A program made the position numbers and the translations under genes. Below the pieces are notes generated by a model. The model did no database searches. It saw only the letters and a list, made by a program, of their open reading frames with translations, and had not been told where the DNA came from. DNA of 43,980 nucleotides from a virus: IMG/VR virus record IMGVR_UViG_3300045988_137699, positions 1 through 43,980 of that record. One strand, 5' to 3'. Below, one piece after another: positions 17,790-26,230 of this stretch (position 1 is the first letter of the stretch; each line of letters begins with the position of its first letter).

Positions 17790-18414
17790 TTTCTGGGTGT
17801 TCTTCTAAATAAGCAGCCCTTTCATCATAAGTCATTTTTGACAAATCAACTTTGTCTTCACTTCCATCATCAGTATCACCTTTTCCAGGTTCAGCACCTT
17901 TGATTTTAGTTGTTTTCTTTTCAGAATCAAATAAGAATTTAGTATCATCACCTTTAACAAGTGTATCAAGTTGATTTTTTAATGCATCACCTTTTATATT
18001 TCCATTTTCATCAATTTCAAGTTTATCCAAATCATTTAATAATGCTTTTACTGCTTTATTATTTTTTGCTTTGGCATTTGAAAGTGCAGCATCTATTGCA
18101 GCATCTATTTTCATTTGTTTTATTTCTGCTGCATGTGCTTCTGCATTTGCTTTGTTTTCAGTTTGCAATGTTTCAATTTGTTTCTTTAATTCATCAATAT
18201 CACCTGTTGATTTTTTCAAAGTTTCAAGTTGACCATCTCTTTCTGAAACTTGACCTTTTAATGTTTCAACTTCTTTTTTACTTTCAGTAAGTTGTGTTTG
18301 AACTGTTTCCAATTCACCTTTTGCTTTTCCAATGTCTGTTGAATTTTCATCAAGTATCTTATCAATTGTTTCCTTGTCTTTAATTCCTAAATCTTCTAAA
18401 AATTTTCTTTGCAT
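17779..18414 (-). CDS. Capsid scaffolding protein (DUF4355-like)
   Basis: Helical and E/K/Q-rich, lying upstream of the capsid gene. The probable start is MQRKFLEDLG at 18414, or 18423. The ORF-track start at 18504 is probably too long. Confidence 0.65.
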   Translation of the reverse strand: MQRKFLEDLGIKDKETIDKILDENSTDIGKAKGELETVQTQLTESKKEVETLKGQVSERDGQLETLKKSTGDIDELKKQIETLQTENKANAEAHAAEIKQMKIDAAIDAALSNAKAKNNKAVKALLNDLDKLEIDENGNIKGDALKNQLDTLVKGDDTKFLFDSEKKTTKIKGAEPGKGDTDDGSEDKVDLSKMTYDERAAYLEEHPEIEV

Positions 18415-18633
18415 ATTTATCATCCTTTCTTCGCTTTTTCTCGTGGGTCGCATCCACATAAAATTTTGATATTGTTGTCTTTTCTCGACATCCAACCAGG
18501 TCATTTATGTAAAAATTGACAATAAAAAAGAAACTACAAAAATCTTGTAATTTCTTTAAAATAGGCAATTTTTTCACCTTATATAATGCCCATATAAGCA
18601 TTTAAAATCAGTGGGTAATATACTTTTATACCC

Positions 18634-19062
18634 TTATTTTAAGCCAACTTGGGCTTTTCCAACTACTTTTCCATTTTGAAAAGTTACATTTGCATTTCCA
18701 CCTGTTATTGTGTTACCATACCACATATAAATTTGTGTGTGATATTTTTCATCACCAATACTAACATCAGAAGTAAGTGTTCCATCTGAACCAATTATTT
18801 CTTTTACTTGTTCATATGTCATATCACTTTCAATTTTATTAAATTCTTCTAATGTTATAAGTTCTGATTTTTGGTTTGCTGAATTATTTTCAATGTTATT
18901 TGATGTATTCAATATTATTGAACCAAAAATACATATGAAAATAAAAACACATAAGAAAACATATATTCCTATATGATTCTTTTGAACCATTTTACAATTA
19001 GGACATATTTTTGCTTTTGGGTCTATTTCTGTTTTACAATATTTACATTTTTTCTTTTTCAT
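18634..19062 (-). CDS. Moron: zinc-ribbon, one TM helix, then an extracellular DUF3862/BLIP-like domain
   Basis: MKKKKCKYCKTEIDPKAKICPNCK, followed by the TM helix IGIYVFLCVFIFICIFGSIIL, followed by TLEEFNKIESDMTYEQVKEIIG...VTFQNGKVVGKAQVGL. The start at 19062 has the RBS AAAGGGGG. Confidence 0.55.
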   Translation of the reverse strand: MKKKKCKYCKTEIDPKAKICPNCKMVQKNHIGIYVFLCVFIFICIFGSIILNTSNNIENNSANQKSELITLEEFNKIESDMTYEQVKEIIGSDGTLTSDVSIGDEKYHTQIYMWYGNTITGGNANVTFQNGKVVGKAQVGLK

Positions 19063-19083
19063 TATAAAACCCCCTTTAATAAG

Positions 19084-19112
19084 AGTATATAACAATTTTT
19101 TATAAAAATCAA
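19084..19112 (-). promoter_or_regulatory. Candidate promoter for the moron: TTGATT-17 nt-TATACT
   Basis: On the minus strand the -35 is at 19107..19112, the -10 at 19084..19089, and the spacer is exactly 17 nt. Confidence 0.5.
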
Positions 19113-19321
19113 TTGTTTCTATCTTTGAAAAATTCTTTCCAATATGGATTTTCTTTATCAAATATTTCTTTTTGTTCTTTGGTTAAATTATATGGATAAT
19201 CTTCAAATAAATTATAAATTTTTTTCTTATCAAAGGTAAATAAGTGTTCCCCAATTTTTTCAGGATTATCAACCCACCATATTTGGTCAGTATCATTATT
19301 CTTATAAAAATTATTTTTCAC
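19109..19321 (-). CDS. 70-aa hypothetical protein directly downstream of the MuF gene (candidate immunity/partner protein)
   Basis: ORF track. Its start overlaps the MuF stop. Confidence 0.45.
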   Translation of the reverse strand: MKNNFYKNNDTDQIWWVDNPEKIGEHLFTFDKKKIYNLFEDYPYNLTKEQKEIFDKENPYWKEFFKDRNN

Positions 19322-21035
19322 TACCTTTTACCCCCTTTATTTGTTTATTTTCAGATGTATTTATATAACCCATTATTTCTTCAAATTCTGAATTATCTTT
19401 AAATGAATCAACTTCCATTAAAATATTTTTAGTTTTAAATTTTATTCCTTGTATTGAATGTGTTTGTTTACAATGAAATCTATTTTTCAAAATGTTAGTT
19501 GTTAATTGTTTAAATCCATTTTCTTTTGGTGATTGTAATTCTAAAAATTCATAAGTATTTTCTATTTTTCTTACAATTGCTGCATGACTTCCAGTTGCCA
19601 AATAATATTCTTTTCCTTCTTCCAATGTTTTTAATAGACTTGTAGTTGCCATAATATCATTAGTATTTTCAGCAACTATACTTTTAACACCAGGAAGTTG
19701 TGAAATCTTATAAATATTTGAAGTTGTTGAAAAGAAATCTTGACTTGAACCACCCCTAAAATCAAGTACATCTAATCCATTTTTATTTGCAATATATGCA
19801 AAACCTAATGATGAACATGAACCTTTTGTCATATCACCACCACTAATTTTTTGTACTATTTCATCAGTTGTTAATGATTCATCTAATTTTTGAACTGGAT
19901 TATATTCGATTTTTAAATCTTTCAACTGTTTTATAATTTCATTATTACTTATATTTATTTTATCATTTTTTGGTGTATTTTTCAAATTTACTTCATCTTG
20001 TACATATTTATTATACCAATCTTCATATTTCATTTTATCTGAAACATAATATGTTTTACCATCTTCACCTTTGGCTGCTCTTTCACCTTCATCATCAAAA
20101 TCATCATCAAAATGTGGAACTGTTGTACTTCTACAATAATTATGAAATGGTGGTGCTGTTATTCCTGGTTGATAATCTTTCATATCATATACTTTACCAT
20201 CTTGTTCCTTACATATTTCAGAAGTGTGTGAATCAAGTGTTGCAACAATTTCATATTTTTCAACATCTAATGCATTAAAACAATCTTTTTGTGCTAATTG
20301 TGAAAAATATGCATTTTCTGTCATTATTAAATTACCTGCTTGTGCTTTTGATGTATTAAATTTTTTTGATAAATATTTAATACTTTCATCAGGTGATTTT
20401 CCTGTTAAACACATTTTAGTTAATTCGTTGTGTAATTCATTTATAAGTTTTGTTTTATTTCCCCATATTCTTTCACTAAAATTCTTTTCATCTACTGCCC
20501 AAGGTTTATTAACAATTTTTGATAATTTATTTTGGTCTATATTTGTAACATTGAAACCAACATTAAAACCTTTTTGATATTCAAACATTGTGTGAAAATA
20601 ATTATTTATATATGAATTTTTTGTTAAATTATCAACTTCATCAAGTTCATTTCCAAATAATTTTTCCATCGTTTGTTGTGTTTGAATTTTTAAGGCTTCA
20701 AGTCTTGAAATATGATATTTAGTTGATGCATTTTCAAGTTCTTTCATCCAATGTTCATTTAATTCATTTTCATGTCCATATTTTATATATTCCTGAACAT
20801 TCCATTTAAATTCTTTTAATTCATTTGAATTTAATAACTTTTTTGCTTCATTTATTGTTATTTCATTATTATTTGCAAATCTTACATACCAACTATTTAT
20901 TTTATTTTCAATTTCTCTTTGTGCTTGATAAAAAGATTCTTCAATTCTTGAATATACTGTCATTGCTTCTTGATGTGATGCATTTTCTAACTGTCCAAAT
21001 CGCTGTTGCCAATATTCCTTATTCTTTTTCGCCAT
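19311..21035 (-). CDS. Minor head protein, SPP1 gp7 / Mu F family, with a C-terminal extension of about 240 aa and unknown function
   Basis: MuF core TLDSHTSEICKEQDGKVYDM...PPFHNYCRSTTVP at about aa 265-308. A further roughly 240 aa follow an acidic linker (DDDFDDEGE). Confidence 0.75.
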   Translation of the reverse strand: MAKKNKEYWQQRFGQLENASHQEAMTVYSRIEESFYQAQREIENKINSWYVRFANNNEITINEAKKLLNSNELKEFKWNVQEYIKYGHENELNEHWMKELENASTKYHISRLEALKIQTQQTMEKLFGNELDEVDNLTKNSYINNYFHTMFEYQKGFNVGFNVTNIDQNKLSKIVNKPWAVDEKNFSERIWGNKTKLINELHNELTKMCLTGKSPDESIKYLSKKFNTSKAQAGNLIMTENAYFSQLAQKDCFNALDVEKYEIVATLDSHTSEICKEQDGKVYDMKDYQPGITAPPFHNYCRSTTVPHFDDDFDDEGERAAKGEDGKTYYVSDKMKYEDWYNKYVQDEVNLKNTPKNDKINISNNEIIKQLKDLKIEYNPVQKLDESLTTDEIVQKISGGDMTKGSCSSLGFAYIANKNGLDVLDFRGGSSQDFFSTTSNIYKISQLPGVKSIVAENTNDIMATTSLLKTLEEGKEYYLATGSHAAIVRKIENTYEFLELQSPKENGFKQLTTNILKNRFHCKQTHSIQGIKFKTKNILMEVDSFKDNSEFEEIMGYINTSENKQIKGVKGSEK

Positions 21036-22548
21036 CTTCTACATCACCGCCTTCATCATTTGGTTTTGTTTTTGATGGGTCATTATTACCAAATTGATTT
21101 GGAAAAGGATATTGTTCAATTTCTTTTTGTTTTTCTTTTTCAATTCTTTCAAGTTCTGCATTGACATCATCAACCCATGGATGATTTGCAAGTCTTGATT
21201 CAAGTGATAAGTCTTGTGATTTATTAATATTGTCAATAATATCAGATTCAGATATAAGCATATCACGATTGAATATAATATCAACATCTTCATTTTCAAA
21301 ATTTCCACAACCTGTATTTGCCAAGTGACAATTTACAAACCATAAAATTTCTTCAAATGCTGCTTGATATTCTGTTTCTGTTCCATTTGCATCAAGGTCA
21401 ATATCTGAAAAGATTGATTGAATGTTCATTTGATTTGGATTGTTTCCAAGTCTATCATCTTTTGCATCATAACCCCTAGCATTTTCTATTATTGCTTTTT
21501 TAAATAAATCAATTATTACTTTGTAATTTTCACTATTTACTTCAATTTGTAAAGTTTTTAAATCACCTGGTGCGCCATCAATTGTTTTTACTTTTACTGT
21601 TCCATATTCTGCTAAATTTTTTCTAAATTCAGCAAGATTTTGACCATCATAATTTACTAAAACTAAAATTGTATTTCTAACATCTTCTTCCATTTGATTT
21701 AAGAAATTGGATTCAATTAAATTTAAACCATCTTGTAATGATTTTAATTTTCTTATTAAAGGTATTTCTTTTGCATTAAATTTAAATGGAACAAGTGGAA
21801 TCTTTAACCAATTATATCCTTGAATATTTCCTTTTGAATCTGTTATTGTAAAGTAGTTTTCAAAAGGTTTTTTTTCATCAGGAATTAATTTTCCACCTTC
21901 ATATATAAAATAATAAATACCATCTTGATTATAAACTTCAACATGGTCAATGAATTTCTTTTTATTATTTTTTCCAATTTTAATTGTTGTATATACTCTT
22001 ATAACATAATTCAATTCAGTGTGTTCAGAATCTTTCCAAATTGGTATTATTTCATATGGCTTAAATCTTTTGAAGGTGAATTGTCCATGTTCATCATAAT
22101 AAATAAACAACCAACCAATACCATCATTCAATGAATCTTCACCTATATTTTTTAATAATTTTCTGAATTTTCTATTAAATATGTTTTTTAATAATTCTGC
22201 ATAGGTTTCATTGTTTGTTTGAATTGAAAATGGTTGTCCAAGTAAGTAATTGTTCTTTTGGTCAACCATTTTTTGATATTGATTATCTACAATTCTATTG
22301 TTAGGTAAATTTTTAACTTCTTCAAGTTCTCCTTTTTTACCAATTACCATTCTTTTTCTTAATAGAATATCATGTCTTCCATCATAATATTTTTCACCTG
22401 TTATCATGTCTTTTCTTCTTTTTGATGCCATGAAATCTTTAATTTCATTTATGACATTTTTTTCATCAAGTGATAAATCTTCATCACTTTCTTTAACAAT
22501 TGTATTTCTTTTAAATCTACCGAATAAACTTTCAAACATGTCATTCAC
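21019..22548 (-). CDS. Portal protein (SPP1 gp6-like)
   Basis: 509 aa, lying between the large terminase and the MuF protein. The start at 22548 is a GTG; an alternative ATG is at 22539. Confidence 0.8.
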   Translation of the reverse strand: MNDMFESLFGRFKRNTIVKESDEDLSLDEKNVINEIKDFMASKRRKDMITGEKYYDGRHDILLRKRMVIGKKGELEEVKNLPNNRIVDNQYQKMVDQKNNYLLGQPFSIQTNNETYAELLKNIFNRKFRKLLKNIGEDSLNDGIGWLFIYYDEHGQFTFKRFKPYEIIPIWKDSEHTELNYVIRVYTTIKIGKNNKKKFIDHVEVYNQDGIYYFIYEGGKLIPDEKKPFENYFTITDSKGNIQGYNWLKIPLVPFKFNAKEIPLIRKLKSLQDGLNLIESNFLNQMEEDVRNTILVLVNYDGQNLAEFRKNLAEYGTVKVKTIDGAPGDLKTLQIEVNSENYKVIIDLFKKAIIENARGYDAKDDRLGNNPNQMNIQSIFSDIDLDANGTETEYQAAFEEILWFVNCHLANTGCGNFENEDVDIIFNRDMLISESDIIDNINKSQDLSLESRLANHPWVDDVNAELERIEKEKQKEIEQYPFPNQFGNNDPSKTKPNDEGGDVEDGEKE

Positions 22549-22699
22549 CCCCTTTCACTTCAAAACCTATTTTATTTTTTGGTCTTGTTTTATCTAATAT
22601 ATAAGTATCATCCTTTGTATTTATTTTTACATAAACATTTTCATAATCTATTTGATTAATTACTTTACTAATTTTATCTAAACTTTTTAATATCTCCAT
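22541..22699 (-). CDS. 52-aa hypothetical protein between terminase and portal
   Basis: Hand translation gives MEILKSLDKISKVINQIDYENVYVKINTKDDTYILDKTRPKNKIGFEVKGGE. It fills a 160-nt gap. Confidence 0.35.
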   Translation of the reverse strand: MEILKSLDKISKVINQIDYENVYVKINTKDDTYILDKTRPKNKIGFEVKGGE

Positions 22700-22708
22700 A
22701 TCATCACC

Positions 22709-24127
22709 TTAATCAAAACTAAATCTATCACCTTGTCCAATTTTTTCTGCAATTCCTGTTGTGGCATCTTGTGCATCATCATGTGCATTTTTACCTTCTT
22801 TTTGGTATCTAATCATTGAATCATAATAATCAGGAAATCTGTCAGCCCAATTAACAGGGAAATATATGTGATTCATTACCCATGTTGAATTTGATAATAT
22901 TCTTGATTGTTTATTTTTACTCTGATAGAAGGTATTTATTATACATCTATTTGAATTAAATTTTTGTAATAATAATGTTTCAACATTCCTTGCAAATCCA
23001 CGACCACCATTATTTGATTCAATATCTGCTTCATTAACTTTATCATCAAATAACATTTTTGCGACTGCTGGTTCTGTGATTTCCATTCCATCCTTTGTAA
23101 AAATAACATTAATAATATATGCTTCTTGATTATATTCAACATAATCAATTGAACATAAATAATCATCACCTGTGTCTGCGGTATCTGTATAATTTTTAAC
23201 TTTACTATATACAGGATTACCATTTTCATCAGTTGGCAATTTTGTATATGTTTTGAAACTTGAATATAATCTTCCTTTAATATCAATAGGTTCTTGTTGA
23301 TAGTTTGCTGCTGCAATTTCTTTTGACATTGATTTTGTTTTTATTTCATAACTTCTTCTTGAAAGTATTTGTGAACAAAGCATTGTTCCATCATCTTGTA
23401 ATGCTTTATAACAAATATGTCTTACTTTCATACCAAGTTTTGTGAAATGTCTTAATGCACGACCTGCTAAATCATCACTGTGCCATCTTGTCATTATTAT
23501 GATGATTTTTCCACCTTCTTCAAGTCTTGAAAGCATTGTGTCTGTAAACCATGTCCATTGTTGTTCAAGAACATCTGCATTATTTGCTTCAAGTGCTGAT
23601 TTTATTAAGTCATCTATAATCATAAGTGTTGCACCAAATCCAGTTGATGTTCCTTTTGGTGATGTTGCTAAATAATTATTATATCCATTAACTAATGACC
23701 ATTTATTCATTGCTGAATCACCATATTTTATTGCAACATTAGGAAATATTTCAGAATATACAATTTTATCTTCATCACCTTTTTGTTCTGTTATTGTATC
23801 CCTGACATTTTTAGAAAATGTTGTTGATAATGCTTCATTATATGAACCTAACATTATTTTTTCATTTTGATTGTTACCCAAAACCCATTCAACAAAGCAT
23901 CCTGCTGTTCTTGATTTTCCATGTCTTGGTGGCATGTTTAAAACCAAAACATCTTCATCTGATTCATAAAAACTTTGAAAATCATTACATACTTTATTTA
24001 AAAACACCCTGTCTTCACGATAGAATTCAGGGGCTTTTAAATTACAATACGAAAAGAAATCCATTGCTGCATAAGCAATTTTTGCATCTTTTAAATCAAC
24101 ATCATCAATGCTTATCATTCGCAACAC
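22709..24127 (-). CDS. terL: Terminase large subunit
   Basis: Walker A-like PPRHGKS and Walker B-like LMIIDDL, plus a C-terminal nuclease region. 472 aa. It overlaps the small subunit gene. Confidence 0.85.
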   Translation of the reverse strand: MLRMISIDDVDLKDAKIAYAAMDFFSYCNLKAPEFYREDRVFLNKVCNDFQSFYESDEDVLVLNMPPRHGKSRTAGCFVEWVLGNNQNEKIMLGSYNEALSTTFSKNVRDTITEQKGDEDKIVYSEIFPNVAIKYGDSAMNKWSLVNGYNNYLATSPKGTSTGFGATLMIIDDLIKSALEANNADVLEQQWTWFTDTMLSRLEEGGKIIIIMTRWHSDDLAGRALRHFTKLGMKVRHICYKALQDDGTMLCSQILSRRSYEIKTKSMSKEIAAANYQQEPIDIKGRLYSSFKTYTKLPTDENGNPVYSKVKNYTDTADTGDDYLCSIDYVEYNQEAYIINVIFTKDGMEITEPAVAKMLFDDKVNEADIESNNGGRGFARNVETLLLQKFNSNRCIINTFYQSKNKQSRILSNSTWVMNHIYFPVNWADRFPDYYDSMIRYQKEGKNAHDDAQDATTGIAEKIGQGDRFSFD

Positions 24128-24833
24128 TTTCTTCTTTCATTTTTATTAAGTTTTTCAATTCATCTTTGGTTAAGCCTTTATATGGGTTTGGCACATTGTT
24201 ATTTACAATTACAGGTTGATTATTTTTAAACATTCCTAAATGTTGACCAAGTAAATGTAATGCTTCAACTTTGTTACATTGTTCAATTGCAATTCCATGT
24301 TTTGTATTTTTTATTGATGAAATTGCTGCTTTTTGGTCATCTGTTAATGATTTTGTATCTTTAAGGATGATGTCTTGTTCATAAACATCACCTTCTTCAT
24401 AAACATATTTTTCTTTTTCTTTATCCCATATTCTATGAATTGTTGGTCTTGTTACAACTTCAACATAATCTGTGGCATTACTAAAAGCAATCTTTGCAAG
24501 TTCTTCAACAATTTTGTCTTGTGTTATTTTTGTTCTGTCTTGTATTTCTTGTTGTCCTTTTTCAATTTGTTTCTGTACCTTAACATTTCTTAACAGTCTA
24601 CTACTTGCTGCATTAGCTGCTTCATCACTTTTACACTTGGGATATACTGCTTTATATGCTCGTGTTGCATTTAAATCAATCAAATATTCATCAACAAATT
24701 TTTGTTGTTTTGCTGTTAACTTTTTATCATTTTTGTTAGAAACTTTTTCATTTTTGTTCATTTTTTGTTCATTTTCGTTAACTTTTGTGTCGTTTTGACT
24801 CAAAGTTTCATCATTTTGTTTCATTTTTGACAT
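24105..24833 (-). CDS. terS: Terminase small subunit (Terminase_2-like)
   Basis: LTAKQQKFVDEYLIDLNATRAYKAVYP matches the terminase small-subunit signature. The probable start is MSKMKQ at 24833 with the RBS AAAGGAAG. Confidence 0.8.
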   Translation of the reverse strand: MSKMKQNDETLSQNDTKVNENEQKMNKNEKVSNKNDKKLTAKQQKFVDEYLIDLNATRAYKAVYPKCKSDEAANAASSRLLRNVKVQKQIEKGQQEIQDRTKITQDKIVEELAKIAFSNATDYVEVVTRPTIHRIWDKEKEKYVYEEGDVYEQDIILKDTKSLTDDQKAAISSIKNTKHGIAIEQCNKVEALHLLGQHLGMFKNNQPVIVNNNVPNPYKGLTKDELKNLIKMKEESVANDKH

Positions 24834-24866
24834 AATTTGCAACACTTCCTTTCTTTTTTCTTGTAT

Positions 24867-24894
24867 AAAAAATACACACATCAAAATGTGTGTA
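24867..24894 (-). terminator. Rho-independent terminator between the late regulator and terS
   Basis: On the minus strand: TACACACAT-tttg-ATGTGTGTA (9-bp stem, 24873..24894) followed by TTTTTT (24867..24872). Confidence 0.6.
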
Positions 24895-24907
24895 CTTAAT
24901 TAATTTT

Positions 24908-24930
24908 TTATATTATATACTATAATATAA
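24908..24930. promoter_or_regulatory. AT-rich inverted repeat TTATATTATA-3 nt-TATAATATAA upstream of the terminator and terS
   Basis: Read directly. It contains TATAAT. It could be a late promoter or an activator site. Confidence 0.35.
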
Positions 24931-24962
24931 AAACAAATGGCATACAAGGGCATTGAATGACA

Positions 24963-25385
24963 TCAAGTGCCACTTTTATCAAAAGGTACTTTCACCTTTT
25001 CAAGTGCTGAATCATGAATTCGGTACATTTGCCTTTTTGAATAATTCATCTTCACACATATTTCATCCCATTGTAAAAATATTAAGTATCTATATTTTAA
25101 AACTAATTTTTCATTAACATCTTCGATTTGATTTATTACATCACGAATTTGTTTTTTTAATGCAATAAAATCTTCAATTTCTGCATCAATCTCATTTTCT
25201 AAATCTATTATTTGAGAAATAATATCAATTATTCTATCATTTGAAGGACTTCCTTGAACTCTTTCTTGGGTCATATTTCCTGATATTGATGTTGACAATG
25301 CTCTTAATGCTTCAAGTTCTTCTTTGTCACATTCAATTTGTTCATTTAATTTATAAGCCTGTTTCAAATATTGTTTAGCATTCAT
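24963..25385 (-). CDS. Putative late-gene transcriptional activator (DUF1492 / sigma-70 region-4-like, RinA/ArpU-position)
   Basis: 140 aa immediately upstream of terS. The C-terminus (KLVLKYRYLIFLQWDEICVKMNYSKRQMYRIHDSALEKV) resembles a sigma region-4 HTH. Confidence 0.55.
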   Translation of the reverse strand: MNAKQYLKQAYKLNEQIECDKEELEALRALSTSISGNMTQERVQGSPSNDRIIDIISQIIDLENEIDAEIEDFIALKKQIRDVINQIEDVNEKLVLKYRYLIFLQWDEICVKMNYSKRQMYRIHDSALEKVKVPFDKSGT

Positions 25386-25410
25386 ATTTTCACCTTCCTA
25401 TTAACTTTTG

Positions 25411-25730
25411 TGATTTCACCTTGAACCTTGAACTTTCACTTTGAACCTTTTAAAACTTTGATTTTTCAATACTTAAATAAAAAATTATTTTAAAAAAGGT
25501 TCAAGGTTCAAGGTTATTCTTATATTATTTATTTTTTATAAAAACATTAAAATTTAATGATTTTATAAAATACTATTTTAGTTATTAAATTGACATTATC
25601 TTGAACCACCTTGAACTTACACTCTACATTTATTGATTTTACTATGTTTCAAGGGGTTCAATGTTACTATATTTCACCTTGAACCTACCTTGAACCACTT
25701 CTACTGTTCAATACTGTTCAGAACTGTTCA
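25411..25730 (-). repeat. Module A: intergenic array of about 11 CCTTGAACC/GGTTCAAGG motifs plus 3 phased ACTGTTCA repeats; paralogous and inverted relative to 42228..42466
   Basis: Motif copies (0-1 mismatch) start at 25419, 25426, 25439, 25498, 25505, 25599, 25609, 25646, 25655, 25677 and 25688. ACTGTTCA is at 25703, 25713 and 25723. Confidence 0.85.
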
Positions 25731-26213
25731 TATTTTTATAATATAAGGTTCTTTTTTGTTATATTCAGTTATTAAATTGTTATATATTTTTTGTAATGTG
25801 TCTGTATTTCCTTCAACATTTTCCTTTATCATTTTTGCCCTTACTCTACAATATATCTTGTAATAATCAAAAGGCATATCTATAAAAACTCTTTGACCAA
25901 TTTTAGGTATATAATTTATAATTCTTTTATCTTCATTCCAATCTGTGTGTTGCATATGTCCATCACATTTTTCACAATTTATCATAAAAGGTGTTACACC
26001 ATCTCTACTATTCCAAAGTATTTCTGTTTTCCTACATTTTTCACATTTGTATTTCATTAAACAATATGCTTCTGCATGTTTATATTTTGATTCCATGTTT
26101 TTCATATTCCTTCCATACACAATTCTTTTCAGCAAAACAATAATTTTCATCTTTATTAAATTTCCATCTATTTTTATGTCTTTCACAATTTTTCTTATTA
26201 TCACATTCATCAT
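25728..26213 (-). CDS. Zinc-ribbon protein, unknown function
   Basis: CEKCRKTEILWNSRDGVTPFMINCEKCDGH contains two CxxC pairs. The true start may be internal (MKNMESKY). Confidence 0.4.
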   Translation of the reverse strand: MMNVIIRKIVKDIKIDGNLIKMKIIVLLKRIVYGRNMKNMESKYKHAEAYCLMKYKCEKCRKTEILWNSRDGVTPFMINCEKCDGHMQHTDWNEDKRIINYIPKIGQRVFIDMPFDYYKIYCRVRAKMIKENVEGNTDTLQKIYNNLITEYNKKEPYIIKI

Positions 26214-26230
26214 TTACACAATATGTCACA

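Noticed and set aside
18380-18601. 73-aa minus-strand ORF upstream of and overlapping the scaffold gene
   Set aside because: It overlaps the scaffold 5' region in another frame and has no RBS. The scaffold start with an RBS at 18414/18423 explains the region better.
25411-25730. The GGTTCAAGG repeat arrays read as a CRISPR array
   Set aside because: The repeats are only 9-14 nt long. They occur in both orientations, partly overlap one another, and have no regular repeat-spacer period. There are no cas genes.
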